A stretch of DNA of 61,128 nucleotides, counting the filler, from Globobulimina sp. (Eukaryota), in assembly GCA_003354225.1 (NCBI GenBank). It is 13 parts of 13 records of this genome, joined end to end, with 100 filler letters (N's around TTAATTAATTAA, not from the genome) between each part and the next. Parts side by side here need not be neighbours in the genome. Positions count along the whole stretch, not along the records: positions 1 to 4,614 come from PIVH01001060.1; positions 4,715 to 9,327 come from PIVH01001061.1; positions 9,428 to 14,040 come from PIVH01001062.1; 10 more parts are not named here. The stretch is one strand, 5' to 3'. The position numbers and the translations under genes are program-made. Below are positions 1 to 13,469 of the stretch, piece by piece (the first letter of the stretch is position 1; each line of letters starts with the position of its first letter). Under the pieces are notes generated by a model. That model was not told the DNA's origin. It worked only from the letters and a program-made list of their open reading frames with translations, and did no database searches.

Positions 1-1
1 C

Positions 2-136
2 GGACAAAAACAAAGAATCGCCATCGACAGAATGTTGATAAAAAAACCAAACATATTATTGCTGGATGAAGCGACTTCGAATCTGGACACTGTGTCGGAA
101 GCATTGGTGCAATCTGCGATTGATAGAACAATATGG
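2..136 (+). CDS. ABCB/MDR-type ABC transporter NBD fragment (5' partial), cut off at the transposon insertion
   Basis: Frame 2 reads [45 protein letters not shown]: end of the ABC signature, Walker B and D-loop. Confidence 0.85.
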
Positions 137-138
137 TA

Positions 139-209
139 TTACTATTTTCGAAACGGTGTGGTATTTTTTGTGTTGTGAATTGTTAATAATTGTTAAATTT
201 CTAAAATTC
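139..209 (+). repeat. Left terminal inverted repeat
   Basis: TTACTATTTTCGAAACGGTGTGGTATTTTTTGTGTTGTGAATTGTTAATAATTGTTAAATTTCTAAAATTC is the reverse complement of 3443-3513. Confidence 0.95.
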
Positions 210-284
210 AGCAAAACACTGTTTTTGCCCATTTTCCAGAAAATTGCAAAAATCCAGAAATTCTTAAAAACACAATTTTGCGCT

Positions 285-488
285 TAAAATACATAAAATA
301 CATAAAATACATTAAAATACATAAAATACATAAAATACATAAAATACATAAAATACATAAAATACATAAAATACATAAAAATACATAAAATACATAAAAT
401 ACATAAAATAATTAAAATACTTAAAATACATAAAATACATAAAATTCATAAAATCCATAAAATACATAAAATACATAAAATACATAAA
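285..488 (+). repeat. Subterminal 9-bp tandem array (TAAAATACA)n, about 22 units
   Basis: Directly visible tandem repeat. Confidence 0.95.
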
Positions 489-570
489 TCACTAATTTCT
501 ACAAAAACACAGTTTTTTTTAAAAATCACTAAATCTCTTTAAATCGTTATTTCTTCAAAAGTGTGGAATT

Positions 571-1880
571 ATGGCCGGAAATGTAGATGGTAAACAACAC
601 GAAGCACAGCATCCTCCACCACCAACAACAACGCAAATCATGATCCAAATTCAGATACCGAACGGTAAAAAGAGATCATTAGTATCAACATGGGATCTTT
701 CATATCGATACATTTAAAAATGAAATATTAGATCGGGTTTGTGAAGAACTTAATTTGTGTCACCAGCATTGCACTTTTAATGTTAAACTGAAATCAACTG
801 GCAAATTATCAATATGTGACCGATTCACATCTAACTTTGTCAAACCCGAAGTTGATGCGTTAATTGTAACATTGGGTATCAATCAATCTATCTATACATA
901 TGTTTTTGTTTTTGTTTGGTTTTAATAATAAAATACGTATTTAGATAATGAAGAATGCAAAGTTTGTGATATTGGTAAATTTCGAAAAGAGAAAAAACCA
1001 CCAAAACCACGGAAAAAAAGAACCAGCAAAAAAAATAAAAAACCACCAACAAAACCTGTCGCTGTTGCTGGGGCTGAAAGTGCAGAACCACCAAAAAAAC
1101 GGAGAAAGATAACAGAAATTTCCGACTATGAAGAAGAAGAAGATAATTCAACAAATGATGATGAATTCGATCCATCAAAAATGGGATCTGGATACAGTGC
1201 ACAACAATGGACCATTGCATTGAAATCAATTCAAGATAGCAATGAAAACAAGGGATGGGGACTTAACTCAAAAGGTATTGTCGAATTTACAAAATTATTG
1301 GTATGCAATCCATTGTCATTCTGTTTTATTTTTTCAATATAAATTATAAATAACACAGGCAAATGATAAGAATAAAGAATATGACATAAAATCGGTGCCA
1401 GCACATATATTGAAAAAACATGGAAAAAAAAAACCAAGAAACGTTTATAGAGCGCATACAAACCATTCAAATTATGGTGCTGGACAATATCAACAACCAC
1501 CACAATATCCGCCAGCATATCCACCACCATATTCGCATCAACCGCCACCACAATGTCATCCTCAACAGCATCGACAACGTCCACCACAAAATCCACCTCC
1601 ACATCAAAAACATCCGTATCCACAATATCAACCACAACAATATGCATATCCTCCACCGTATCCGTACTATCCACCACAACATTATCCACCGCCATATCCA
1701 TATCCTCCTCAACAACAACATCCAGCAGACCCAAATCAGGCAGACCCAAATCAACCAGAGTTACCAGACCCACTTCAATCAAATAATTCTGATAATGATG
1801 AGCCAGATGAGGATGAAATTAAAATTATTGCTCCTCCTCCACTGCCAATAATGAATGAATTCGACGGTGATTATGTTTAA
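571..1880 (+). CDS. Transposon cargo gene, about 371 aa, unknown function (basic NLS-like segment, acidic patch, Pro/Tyr/Gln-rich tail)
   Basis: Manual splice model 571-664, 732-875, 945-1300, 1359-1880 with GT-AG introns gives 1116 nt in frame; contains PPKKRRK and YPPPYPYYPP. Intron 1 is the least certain. Confidence 0.7.
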
Positions 1881-2029
1881 TTCAAAATGACATTATATTT
1901 AATTCTATAAATGCCTATAAATTGACATTTTTTTTAACTTTTGCGCTTTCTCATAATCAATTAACTCATTTTTACTTTCGCGCTGCTTTAAAATTAAGTT
2001 TCTAGTCAGGTTCAGAATATATGCAACCA

Positions 2030-3191
2030 TCAAAGCACTGAGGTCCGTTGGGACCGACCACAATCTACGACTGCTCCGCTTACGCGGAGCACCTTCGTAT
2101 AATTTGTAACATCAACATCTGTTAAAGTAGCCATTGCAGAATGCAATACGTATAATGGATCTCTTCTGGCAATTTGTTTATGTCTCCGAACATATAATTT
2201 TGCCGTATTAAAATCCAATTCAATGCAATTCAAATACGCTGAATACGGCGGCAAAAAACATAGCTCAATTCCATAATTGGCCATTAATCCTTTAAATGCC
2301 TGGCCACGATGATAACTCGCTCCATCCAAAACTAAAACTGAATTTGGTCCAGGAAATGGATTCATCATTGGTACCACCTCTTCCATTATAAAATTAACAA
2401 ATTGTGCTGCATTTGTATTAACTGAATATATAATTTATTATATAACATTTATGATTATAAAAACGTTATTTTATGATTATATTACATACCATCTATCACC
2501 TTCCATACCATCATACCAGCACTATTTCTCGCAGCCAGAATACCATACCGTGTACCTTTTGAAAATAAAAAACGAAATCGAGCTCTGGAACCTCTGTTAC
2601 ATATCAGAAACAACAACAACACAAGTTTAGTATATACAAAAGGAAATACCTCAAACTCCTTCCATAATTTCTGTTAGCTATTCTGTCGTGGCAATAACTC
2701 TCATCAACAAATACTAATTGGCTTTTTCTGATACTCTTTAATCTTAAATTTAAATGAAATAATCGAACATTTTTGTATTTAAAATGAAGTCCGATTTTCC
2801 ATATTTTCTTTCGCGTAATTTTTAATTTTTGTAACATTCTAACTATTTTCGCCATATGATAATATTCGCGACAATGTTTTGCCATTTCCCATTGTATTTC
2901 ATCTAAATAAAGAGTTGAATTTCTTTGAATAATTTGTTTCAATACCAATAAATGTCTGCGATTATATTCTATTGTTCTACCATGTGTTACGCGGAATTTT
3001 TCATATACAGATAACAAAGATCCAGTTTTGAACCAGCGATTGACGTATTTTCTTACACAATTGGGAGATAATAGCAATCTGTTTGCTGTTCGTTTGACGC
3101 TGTATGTTTTTGGATATCCCTTGATTGCGGTGTTAAAAGTAAAGACAATTATTATTTTATTCCGCTCACGTATGGACAGTGCAGATGGCAT
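2030..3191 (-). CDS. Tc1/IS630-family DD34E transposase, about 345 aa, 2 introns
   Basis: Exons 3191-2650, 2593-2490, 2421-2030 (1038 nt, in frame); FVDES...LVLDGASYH...FLPPYSAYLNCIE with 34 residues between D2 and E; HTH-like N-terminus. Confidence 0.92.
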
Positions 3192-3209
3192 AATTTGTAT
3201 CAAAATATG

Positions 3210-3396
3210 GGTTTTATGCGAATTTTATGATTTATGCGTTTTATGAGTTTTATGAGTTTTATGTATTTTATGCGTTTTCTGTATTTTATAGATTTTATGA
3301 GTTTTGTGAGTTTTATGGATTTTATGGATTTGATGCGTTTTATGAGTTTTATGGATTTTATGAGTTTTATGCATTTTATGGATTTTATGTATTTTA
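3210..3396 (-). repeat. Subterminal 9-bp tandem array, inverted relative to the left array, about 20 degenerate units
   Basis: Units TGTATTTTA / TGAGTTTTA / TGGATTTTA / TGCGTTTTA are reverse complements of TAAAATACA-like units. Confidence 0.93.
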
Positions 3397-3442
3397 ATAA
3401 AAATTCATTTTTTCGGAAAAAGCGCAAAATTGTGTTTTTTAA

Positions 3443-3513
3443 GAATTTTAGAAATTTAACAATTATTAACAATTCACAACACAAAAAATACCACACCGTT
3501 TCGAAAATAGTAA
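3443..3513 (-). repeat. Right terminal inverted repeat
   Basis: Reverse complement of 139-209. Confidence 0.95.
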
Positions 3514-3543
3514 TATGCCTTGAATCTTTACAAAGCAAAATAG

Positions 3544-4374
3544 CTAATCAAAGTGAACAAATTTTAAAGGTGTTCCAAAACCAGTTTCCTCTGTTTTTAA
3601 TATTGGCACAAGTTCATGAAAAATGTCTTTAGATAGTGCCAAATTTCCATTGTATTTATTTCTAAATCTAAGTTTGTTAACAGTCAATTTTTCGTAAATG
3701 AAATATCCACTCAGCCCCGAACGAGGATAATCAGGATCCTTTGATTTCAATTTAATGAGTTCGAATACTCTCTTATCACAAAAACAACGTATTGACCTCC
3801 ACAGTTGACCCAGTCCTCCTCCTTCACTGCAAATTGCATATATTTCATGATGATGATTCACCACAATATCTGTTTTATTGATTGATACGACTTCCTTCAA
3901 AGCCCCATCCTTTTTGTTTTGTATCATAGAACAAAAATGTCTATTTACACCTTTTTCCAATTTAATATATTTTTTTTTTGCTTTTTCTGCCAATTCATAA
4001 CTTTGAAATATGCCCAATAATATATCACATCCGGCATAGGGCGAAACTTCGTGATTTAAATAATATCCATAAAAAAGTTCAAATTGATAATATGACACAA
4101 TAATTTTTACCAAAACATTGGATAGCTCGCGACACCATTCATTAACAATTAATTCGACACTTTGTTCGTTGATCAGGAAATGCTGCATATTTTGTATTGC
4201 ATGATATCTTTTTTTGAATAATGTGAGAAAAAAAACATGAATATCTACAGTTAGTTCTTTACGATCAATGAAATCAATGGATTCATCAGGTTGGTCTGGA
4301 ATTGGTTCCTTTGCTTCTTTTTCATCGTGAAATTGCAGCTTTGTTTGGATTGTTTTTTGAAGACAGCTCCCCAT
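3544..4374 (-). CDS. Hypothetical eukaryotic protein (MGSC N-terminus, possible myristoylation/palmitoylation); may contain an in-frame intron
   Basis: 276-aa ORF with ATG start. Confidence 0.55.
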   Translation of the reverse strand: MGSCLQKTIQTKLQFHDEKEAKEPIPDQPDESIDFIDRKELTVDIHVFFLTLFKKRYHAIQNMQHFLINEQSVELIVNEWCRELSNVLVKIIVSYYQFELFYGYYLNHEVSPYAGCDILLGIFQSYELAEKAKKKYIKLEKGVNRHFCSMIQNKKDGALKEVVSINKTDIVVNHHHEIYAICSEGGGLGQLWRSIRCFCDKRVFELIKLKSKDPDYPRSGLSGYFIYEKLTVNKLRFRNKYNGNLALSKDIFHELVPILKTEETGFGTPLKFVHFD

Positions 4375-4614
4375 TGTTTCAGTTAAAGAATTAAATGAAT
4401 TTTACAGATACATTTTTTGCGTAAATTATAAAGCACAAAAACTAAAAGTCAAATTATATTAACCATATGCATCATAAATTATCTTTTTCATCTTTGTTAT
4501 TTTCTTCAAAATTACCAATTATTATTCGTGTTTCATTAAATCCAGGACAAATATCAACTATTTCTGTACCTTTATCAAAATAATTTGAATTAAATAATAA
4601 TGGTTTCCGCTGTA

Positions 4615-4714
4615 NNNNNNNNNNNNNNNNNNNNNNNNNNNNNNNNNNNNNNNNNNNNTTAATTAATTAANNNNNNNNNNNNNNNNNNNNNNNNNNNNNN
4701 NNNNNNNNNNNNNN
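4615..4714. other. Artificial contig linker; identical linkers at 9328, 14041, 18753, 23464, 28175, 32885, 37594, 42303, 47011, 51718, 56424
   Basis: 44 N + TTAATTAATTAA (stops in all six frames) + 44 N, recurring about every 4.7 kb. Confidence 0.99.
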
Positions 4715-4737
4715 GAAATTAATAAATACTCGTTGAA

Positions 4738-5499
4738 TTAGATAAATATTATCCTGTACCTTAATATATATTCCTCCTCATCCAAATCCTCTGCAAATCC
4801 ATTTTCCTTAACTTCCGCCATCAAAACATTGATAAAATCGCCTTTATGTTCTGTAATCTCATCGTTTGTGGGGTCATTCAATGCGGTTAATTCAAATTGT
4901 TTTTCCTCATTGGTTTCAAATGTAAATGGCGAGAAGTTTTGCGTTAATTTAATTAATCTCTTTCTCGGCGGATGGTTATACAATGTCATATGGCATAAAT
5001 CCTTCAAATCATTGCCACCAACTTCTAATCGCTTAAATGCTTTGCACTCCGCCAAATGTTTACATTCTTCCTTTGGGTGCTCCAAATCCTGTAAATGATA
5101 ATAAGCTTTTTGCGTGAAATTATACTCATATTTGCATTGTAAAAAATATTTGCACGAATCTGTGCATTTATTTTGTATCGCGTGCGGGCTATGGACTAAA
5201 GGACATCGACGATGCCAAAATGTAAAAATATTAATTATGTCAATTCTGAAGTGGTTGGCGTTGATATTGTCCATGTAATATCGTAAAGATTTGTTTTTTT
5301 TCATTATGACTCCATTATAATCTGCATTTGTTTCTGATACACTTTCTGAAAATTGCATTGCCATCAAATCAGGATTGAATGGTTTGTGTGCTTTCCTTGA
5401 AACATCATATAACACATCACCAACCCTTGCAATGTCAGAATAAGAAAAACAACTTTCTTTATAATGAACAGCTACTGAGGTGCTGTTATCGGAACCCAT
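4738..5499 (-). CDS. Hypothetical Cys/His-containing protein, probably continuing past the contig end through an intron
   Basis: 253-aa ORF with CKHLAECKAF...DLCHMTLYNHPPR. Confidence 0.55.
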   Translation of the reverse strand: MGSDNSTSVAVHYKESCFSYSDIARVGDVLYDVSRKAHKPFNPDLMAMQFSESVSETNADYNGVIMKKNKSLRYYMDNINANHFRIDIINIFTFWHRRCPLVHSPHAIQNKCTDSCKYFLQCKYEYNFTQKAYYHLQDLEHPKEECKHLAECKAFKRLEVGGNDLKDLCHMTLYNHPPRKRLIKLTQNFSPFTFETNEEKQFELTALNDPTNDEITEHKGDFINVLMAEVKENGFAEDLDEEEYILRYRIIFI

Positions 5500-5682
5500 T
5501 GTTTCTTTCCTACTCTCAATTATTTGTACATGTTAATCAACTCTGAAGGTGCTTGGTGGAATAACGGGTTTATAAATTTAAATGTGATAAATTAAGAAAA
5601 ATTACAAAACAACACTGTTTTTGATAATGTAAAATAATTCAAACATATATAAATCGAGTTACTCAAAAATCAAGTTATCATT

Positions 5683-7693
<2,011 letters not shown>

Positions 7694-7845
7694 TGTTGAA
7701 GGTGTTGCGTTTTATAGTGGTGATATTATTGCTGCTATAATTGAACGGCAAGATTTGCGGAAAGATTGGTGGAACTGGGTTTGAAAGAAAAGTTTTGGAA
7801 TGATGAAAAAATTGTTATGTAAGCTTTGCTGACACTCTCTTTAAA

Positions 7846-8988
7846 ATGTCAGCTATTTTTCCGTTACTTTTTGTGAATATTTTTTGCATTTCTAAGTCTG
7901 AAATATTATGGAGTGATCCATTGGATTCACTGAACGGAGGTAATGGCATCAATTGGACAGCTAACAGCAATCCAACTGGTAGCATTTCTGCACCATACAC
8001 GACAACAATAGCAAACTGTCCAAATCGTACATATTGCTGGGAATTAAAGGAGGATTATTTCGTATATTATGCATATCCGACATTAAACTTTGATAATATC
8101 AGTCTGACTATAAGCGTTTCTGCAGTTGGTTTGGAAACAGGCACTGTCGATGATGCATGCAGCATTTATTACAGTATCGATGGAAATACAACAAATTGGA
8201 ACTCACCACCTCTGGCAACATGGACAGATAATGATCAATTTCCAATATTATCCTATTTGATTGCATTGCCATCCGATGCTTCCAACAATATAGGAATTGG
8301 TATCAAATTACAATCAGAAAGCAATGGGAATGGCAATAAGTTGGACTATTGTTATTTCAGTGATGTTATATTTCGAGGAAATACTATCCAACCAACCACA
8401 TCTATGACAACCACAGCAACACCAACCACATCGATACCAACCACAGCTCCAATCACGTCGATGCCAACACCGCCAACAACGTTATGTATAGTTTTAATAT
8501 TTAATTTGTTCAAATAAATATTAAATATGTAATTATGAATATGTAGAATGGCGCCAACATCAAACCCAACCACTACCACTGATGATGATGCTGGAGATCC
8601 GAAAGAAAGTGATGGGAGTGATGGTATGGGGGAATTTGCGATATTTGGAATAATTGGAGGTGTATTTGCGTTACTAATTTGTGTTTCCATCATTGTTCAA
8701 ATTCGTCATAAAAAGAGTAAAGAAAAGGAAGCAACCGCTGACAAACAGAAGATGGCAGAAGAGATTACATCACAATATATGGATGCATATAAACACGGAG
8801 TCAGAGAGCGGGATTCAGAGACTACACCAAACAACGAACCACCGGCAGCAAGGAATGTGCCTGCACCACCAATTGAATTGACTGATATATTTGGTCCAAC
8901 CCAAGCAGTGAGAGTGAGTACTAGCAAACAGGAGGACTCTGATGATGATTCAATAAGGAAAAAACAAGCGTATTGGGATGCACATTGA
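7846..8988 (+). CDS. Type I single-pass surface protein (signal peptide, beta-rich ectodomain, Thr/Pro stalk, TM helix), 1 intron
   Basis: ORFs 7846-8517 and 8548-8988 joined by an AT-rich intron; TM segment FAIFGIIGGVFALLICVSIIV. Confidence 0.75.
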
Positions 8989-9201
8989 AACAATTGCGTA
9001 TTTTATGATGATTGATAGTATTATTAGTGTTTTACGGTTAGATATTTATTTATAAAAAGTTTTGCTGTGCCTATATGCATCCAACTCCTCATAAGGGATG
9101 TTTCAGGAACAACAAGTGCGTAAAACTCCGCGATGTAAACAAACGAATTTAAAACATTGCCACTTTCCCAGTGGACTATGGAACGAATGTAAGGAGTACA
9201 G

Positions 9202-9327
9202 TTACAACATAGATTTGCATTTATAGCAGCTGTCAATATACATAGTTCCTTGACACACTTTTTGAGCCTGGCCAGTCAAAGTAACAAATAAATCGTTTTT
9301 ATTGTTACGAATCTCGACACGCAAAAC
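9202..9327 (-). CDS. C-terminal fragment of a possible PhzF/DAP-epimerase-fold protein
   Basis: VLRVEIRNNKNDLFVTLTGQAQKVCQGTMYI resembles the terminal strands of that fold. Confidence 0.35.
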   Translation of the reverse strand, partial: VLRVEIRNNKNDLFVTLTGQAQKVCQGTMYIDSCYKCKSML

Positions 9328-9624
9328 NNNNNNNNNNNNNNNNNNNNNNNNNNNNNNNNNNNNNNNNNNNNTTAATTAATTAANNNNNNNNNNNNNNNNN
9401 NNNNNNNNNNNNNNNNNNNNNNNNNNNCAACAACAATTACACGTTCACAACAAAAACACCGATAAAAGAAGATCATCAAAAATTTCCAAGACAGGCAAAG
9501 AAAGAAAACTAGCGTTAAACAAACGATAAAAAAAGAAAGCAACGAAATCGCATATGAAGAATAGAATCATTGATACATTAATATTTAGAACATTATTGAA
9601 TTAATATCGAACGAAATCAACGAA

Positions 9625-12230
9625 TCATCTCAACTCTTGCTGCGCCAAACCTAAACCAATATTTTTACTTTTCTTTTTGCCAAACCACCCAAAACACGAA
9701 CATCCAGATGTTTTCTCAATTAATATCTCGGCATCGGTCTCATCAAAGATCTCCCTCTCTGGCCGCGAGCCAGTCTTCCTCTGTCTATGCATCATCTCAA
9801 TATCAATAAATCCGGTGATGGCGGATGAATTACTGTCAGTGCTCACATTACTACTGCTGCCATGCAACAATTTCGTATCCGGGCCGCGTTTATGTGAGCT
9901 GACAGAATCGGTTGGACTCATATTCTTCTCTGGAGATAACACAAAATCACCATTCTCCACATGCACCTCTTCCTGCTCATCATCGCCGGTACCATCATTA
10001 TAGTCCAATGGCGGCATATTCTTGGGAGGCGACGATAAATCCTCAGACCCATCGTTATCTTCCTGAGGGCTGTTTGGTTCAGTTTTGCGTGCCTCATCCT
10101 GTGGTTTATCCAATTCTATGCTCGGCCGTTTATCAAAATTTGGCGCTGTGGGCTTTGCAGTCGCTTTGGGAGAGTCATAGGCATCACGAAACAGGACATC
10201 TTCATCGTAATTGTCAAAAATCAATGCACCGCCGGCGCCGATGCCAGAATTTGATTCGTGTGATGTCATTCTACTATGAATATGTGCATTGTTGTTGTTG
10301 TTTGCGTTTTTATTATTATTGAATATTTCGTCTAGTTCACTGTGTGTCAGTTTGTTCTTATTATGCTTCTCTTCGCTGCTATTTATTGCAATTAATAGAG
10401 TGCGAGGATATGAATAAAAAAAAAGTCTACTAAACGGTTTCTGAGAGCTCTGCTTGCTTTGTTTGTTAGTCTTATTTATATTTTCTTGTTGTAGCTCGCC
10501 CTTCGATTTTGATAATGAATCTAATGACTCGTCGTCCTCCTCATTGGATGAATCATTTGGTGTTTGTTCAATGACTACAGACGAATCCTCATTGTCCTCT
10601 CCATCATCACCATCCGTGGACTCTTCCAGCGACTCGTTTTCTGCTACAATCGCGTCCTTCAAATGTTGCAAAAACTTGGCCGAAGCCTGTCTGCTGTGTC
10701 TCCTTTGCCGTGTTAACAAATCTATGTATAAATGATGCAATGTATACAAAGTGCAAGGATAAAATATCAAATTGCAGAATATCTATTTGTATACACACCA
10801 ATGACGCCATCATCGTTGATATTTTTGGCTATGACCCCCATCACATTCGTGGGTATGTTCGTCGCATCGGGTGGTGGCGCCCCTAAGCCACTCAAATGAT
10901 ACCTCACATCTTTATGATCGGCGATAGTCCACAAGGTAGGGAACAGAGTGTCCATCAACTCATTGTCTGTCGGCTGTGCCAAGCCCCAAAAGCCAGCCAC
11001 CCGCACACTATTCGGCTCAAACCCTCGATACGACAACGGATTGTCATCCACCATCACAATAGTCGATAACTCCCGGCCTAATTTGGCTAAATTCTTATGT
11101 CTATATTGAATATATGTTTATTTATGTTAAAACTGAATATATATTAATTTACATTCACACCTATACGGTAAGCCATATTCATCCAATTTCTCGTCACAAT
11201 CGCTGCGAAAATACACACTCTGCCATAACTTATGTGGGATGATAAAATCAACGTTATTGGCATCCGATGCTTCCGTCAAAGTCTGCTTCAATATATGGTG
11301 TACTTGTTTTAACAGTCCTTCATACACACTGCCATCAGCCGCAGTGAATAATATCACATCATATTTGGCGTTGCAGAGAGACAGAAACTTTTCCAATCCG
11401 GGCCGGATACGTACTAAATATCCGCCATACATGAATGTAACCGATATATAGTTCTCTCGACTCATCATTGGCTCCAACTGCGATAATTCATCACTATTTT
11501 GCAAGAAAGATATATCAATTTCTTCGTGTTCATGTTCAGACTCTTCCTCTGTAGCTGCGTTTGCGTTGTCTAGCTCTGCCGCATCGATATCGTCATCATC
11601 GTGGTGTGCTAATTTAATAACACAGCCAGTGGGGTCCGCCTGATGTATAATGGCAACTTTGCTTAATTCATCAGGGAACCATTCACCTCGTTGGGGTATG
11701 GCATCATCTTTAGATTGCAAGACATGATCATATGCACTCATAGTGCCTGGATTCTCACTGAACTCTAAATCTAAGCGGTAGGTTATTTTGGTGACAGTGG
11801 CGTCTCTGTCGCCTAATTTTACTAAGTCGCCCACACGCATCTCATCCATGAAGTGGCGGACGTATATTAAGGTGTTGTCTACATCCAAAATTAAACATTT
11901 TTTGTCGGTTATGAGTTTGGAGGACACTCTGCGATGTTGATGTATTTTTTTCTTTTTTTCGTTGATGTCGTTGCTGTCTGACGAGGAGGAATTGTTGTTT
12001 TCATTCTCTTCTTCTTCTTCTTGTTGCATTTCTGCAATTTGGACTGTGTCAAATATCTCATCTACTTTGGATAAGTAGCCATTGGATTCGTCAAATAATT
12101 GTTCTAATTGGTCTTGAGTTAATACTATATGTTGTTATATGTTTGTTATATAATATCTCGTTTGATATGTTTCTCATTTAAATATGTACATACAATCTAA
12201 TGCTTGGCAAGTGCCAATTGGATCCACCAT
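9625..12230 (-). CDS. FCP1/SCP (NIF-domain) HAD phosphatase with a long disordered C-terminus, multi-exon
   Basis: CLILDVDNTLI, VRIRPGLEKFL, ILFTAA, then after an intron KNLAKLGRELSTIVMVDDNP. Confidence 0.85.
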
Positions 12231-12310
12231 TATCTGGTGTTATATAGCTATTGAGGTATTGATGTATATAGAATTTGCGAACTCAGAACAAAAAACTGTA
12301 AAATTTTAAC

Positions 12311-13411
12311 ATGTCTCTCATTGCTGGCTTTTCTCAATTATTAGAACAATGCGGGAATGCATTTTTGCAATATCTTGAGACATTGGACATAGATACAATG
12401 ATTGAAGGAATACAGTTGACGAAAAAAAGCCATTACGCAATCATAAAAATTCAACATGTAATGCAAAATCAGTTGGCAGATGTAATGAACGCTGAATCCA
12501 TAGCAAAAAGATTTGAAATAATTAAACAGGATCCGGGGAATAAGGATAAGTGTGCTGCATATTTTAATTATTTTCAAGGTATACATTCGAACAATATTTG
12601 TATACATAAATATGAGAAGAATGAAGAAAAGCAAACACGATTAATTGAATTTATTTTAAAAACTCAAGATATGCTTCAAGACAAAACAAATGAGAAACCT
12701 AAGAAAGCCATATCGAATGTATATAAAATCTCAAAATATTGCCACAAAGAGCTATTAAATATTGAATCAAATCAAGTGATGTGCTTTAATCACAAAGAAT
12801 TGATTGATTGGGATGGTCAATATATGCAACATCAAAAGGAGAGATATTTACAGTGTCAAGAGTGGGGTCGTTATGATGATAAAGAGGATGATACAGACAC
12901 TGATAGCGATTCAGACTCTGATAAAGAGGATGAAGACTCTGATTCAGATACAGATAAAGAGGATGATAATGAGTCAGATAAAGCGGATGATTCGGACACA
13001 GATAAAGAGGATGAAGACTCTGATTCAGATATCGATGAAGATCACAGTACACTGGATTTGAATGAGAAGATTGTTTTATGCGAGGATGGATGTCCAAAGT
13101 TTTATGATTATACAGTTGAATTTGGTTATTTATCAGCAGATATTGGAAACTGTGTTTTGTTTCTTTTAGAAAAGGGGAAAGGAGTACGTTACGGAAATGA
13201 TAAAAGAGTAGAAGCTGCTTCATTTATTGTATCAAAATTATTTTTATCAAATATATACCAATGTGGAGATTTTATTGCAGTGTTTGATCGTCTTGACCAA
13301 ATTGGATGGTATCCACAGTATCCATGTCGTACATTTAAAATGAAATTCTTTTGGATCTGTAAAAAAGAAATAGATGAATCACTGGCATTGCTGGTCTCAA
13401 TAAGCGTTTAA
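12311..13411 (+). CDS. Hypothetical protein with acidic D/S repeats
   Basis: 366-aa ORF; DKEDEDSDSD repeats. Confidence 0.65.
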   Translation: MSLIAGFSQLLEQCGNAFLQYLETLDIDTMIEGIQLTKKSHYAIIKIQHVMQNQLADVMNAESIAKRFEIIKQDPGNKDKCAAYFNYFQGIHSNNICIHKYEKNEEKQTRLIEFILKTQDMLQDKTNEKPKKAISNVYKISKYCHKELLNIESNQVMCFNHKELIDWDGQYMQHQKERYLQCQEWGRYDDKEDDTDTDSDSDSDKEDEDSDSDTDKEDDNESDKADDSDTDKEDEDSDSDIDEDHSTLDLNEKIVLCEDGCPKFYDYTVEFGYLSADIGNCVLFLLEKGKGVRYGNDKRVEAASFIVSKLFLSNIYQCGDFIAVFDRLDQIGWYPQYPCRTFKMKFFWICKKEIDESLALLVSISV

Positions 13412-13469
13412 AATACTAAGTGAACTGTCCAGATGTGAATGTACGTGTGATATTGGTCAAACTTATTAG

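Larger units (their letters stand above)
139..3513. mobile_element. Complete IS630-Tc1-mariner DNA transposon with two convergent genes
   Basis: About 71-bp terminal inverted repeats (139-209 vs 3443-3513), TA on both flanks (137-138, 3514-3515), DD34E transposase inside. Confidence 0.93.

Noticed and set aside
285-488. Telomere or CRISPR-like array
   Set aside because: Internal to TIRs, no spacers, mirrored at the other end of the element
1231-1851. Several overlapping ORFs
   Set aside because: Shadow frames of the P/Q/Y-rich exon
571-1880. Cargo gene as Fanzor/TnpB
   Set aside because: No RuvC motifs or C-terminal zinc ribbon visible; the C-terminus is low complexity
3200-3632. ORFs 66-287, 3200-3538 and 3234-3632
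   Set aside because: Translations of the TIRs and the 9-bp satellite
4615-4714. Periodic TTAATTAATTAA palindromes in N runs
   Set aside because: Artificial linkers; ORFs running into X residues and any gene neighbourhood across linkers are not biological
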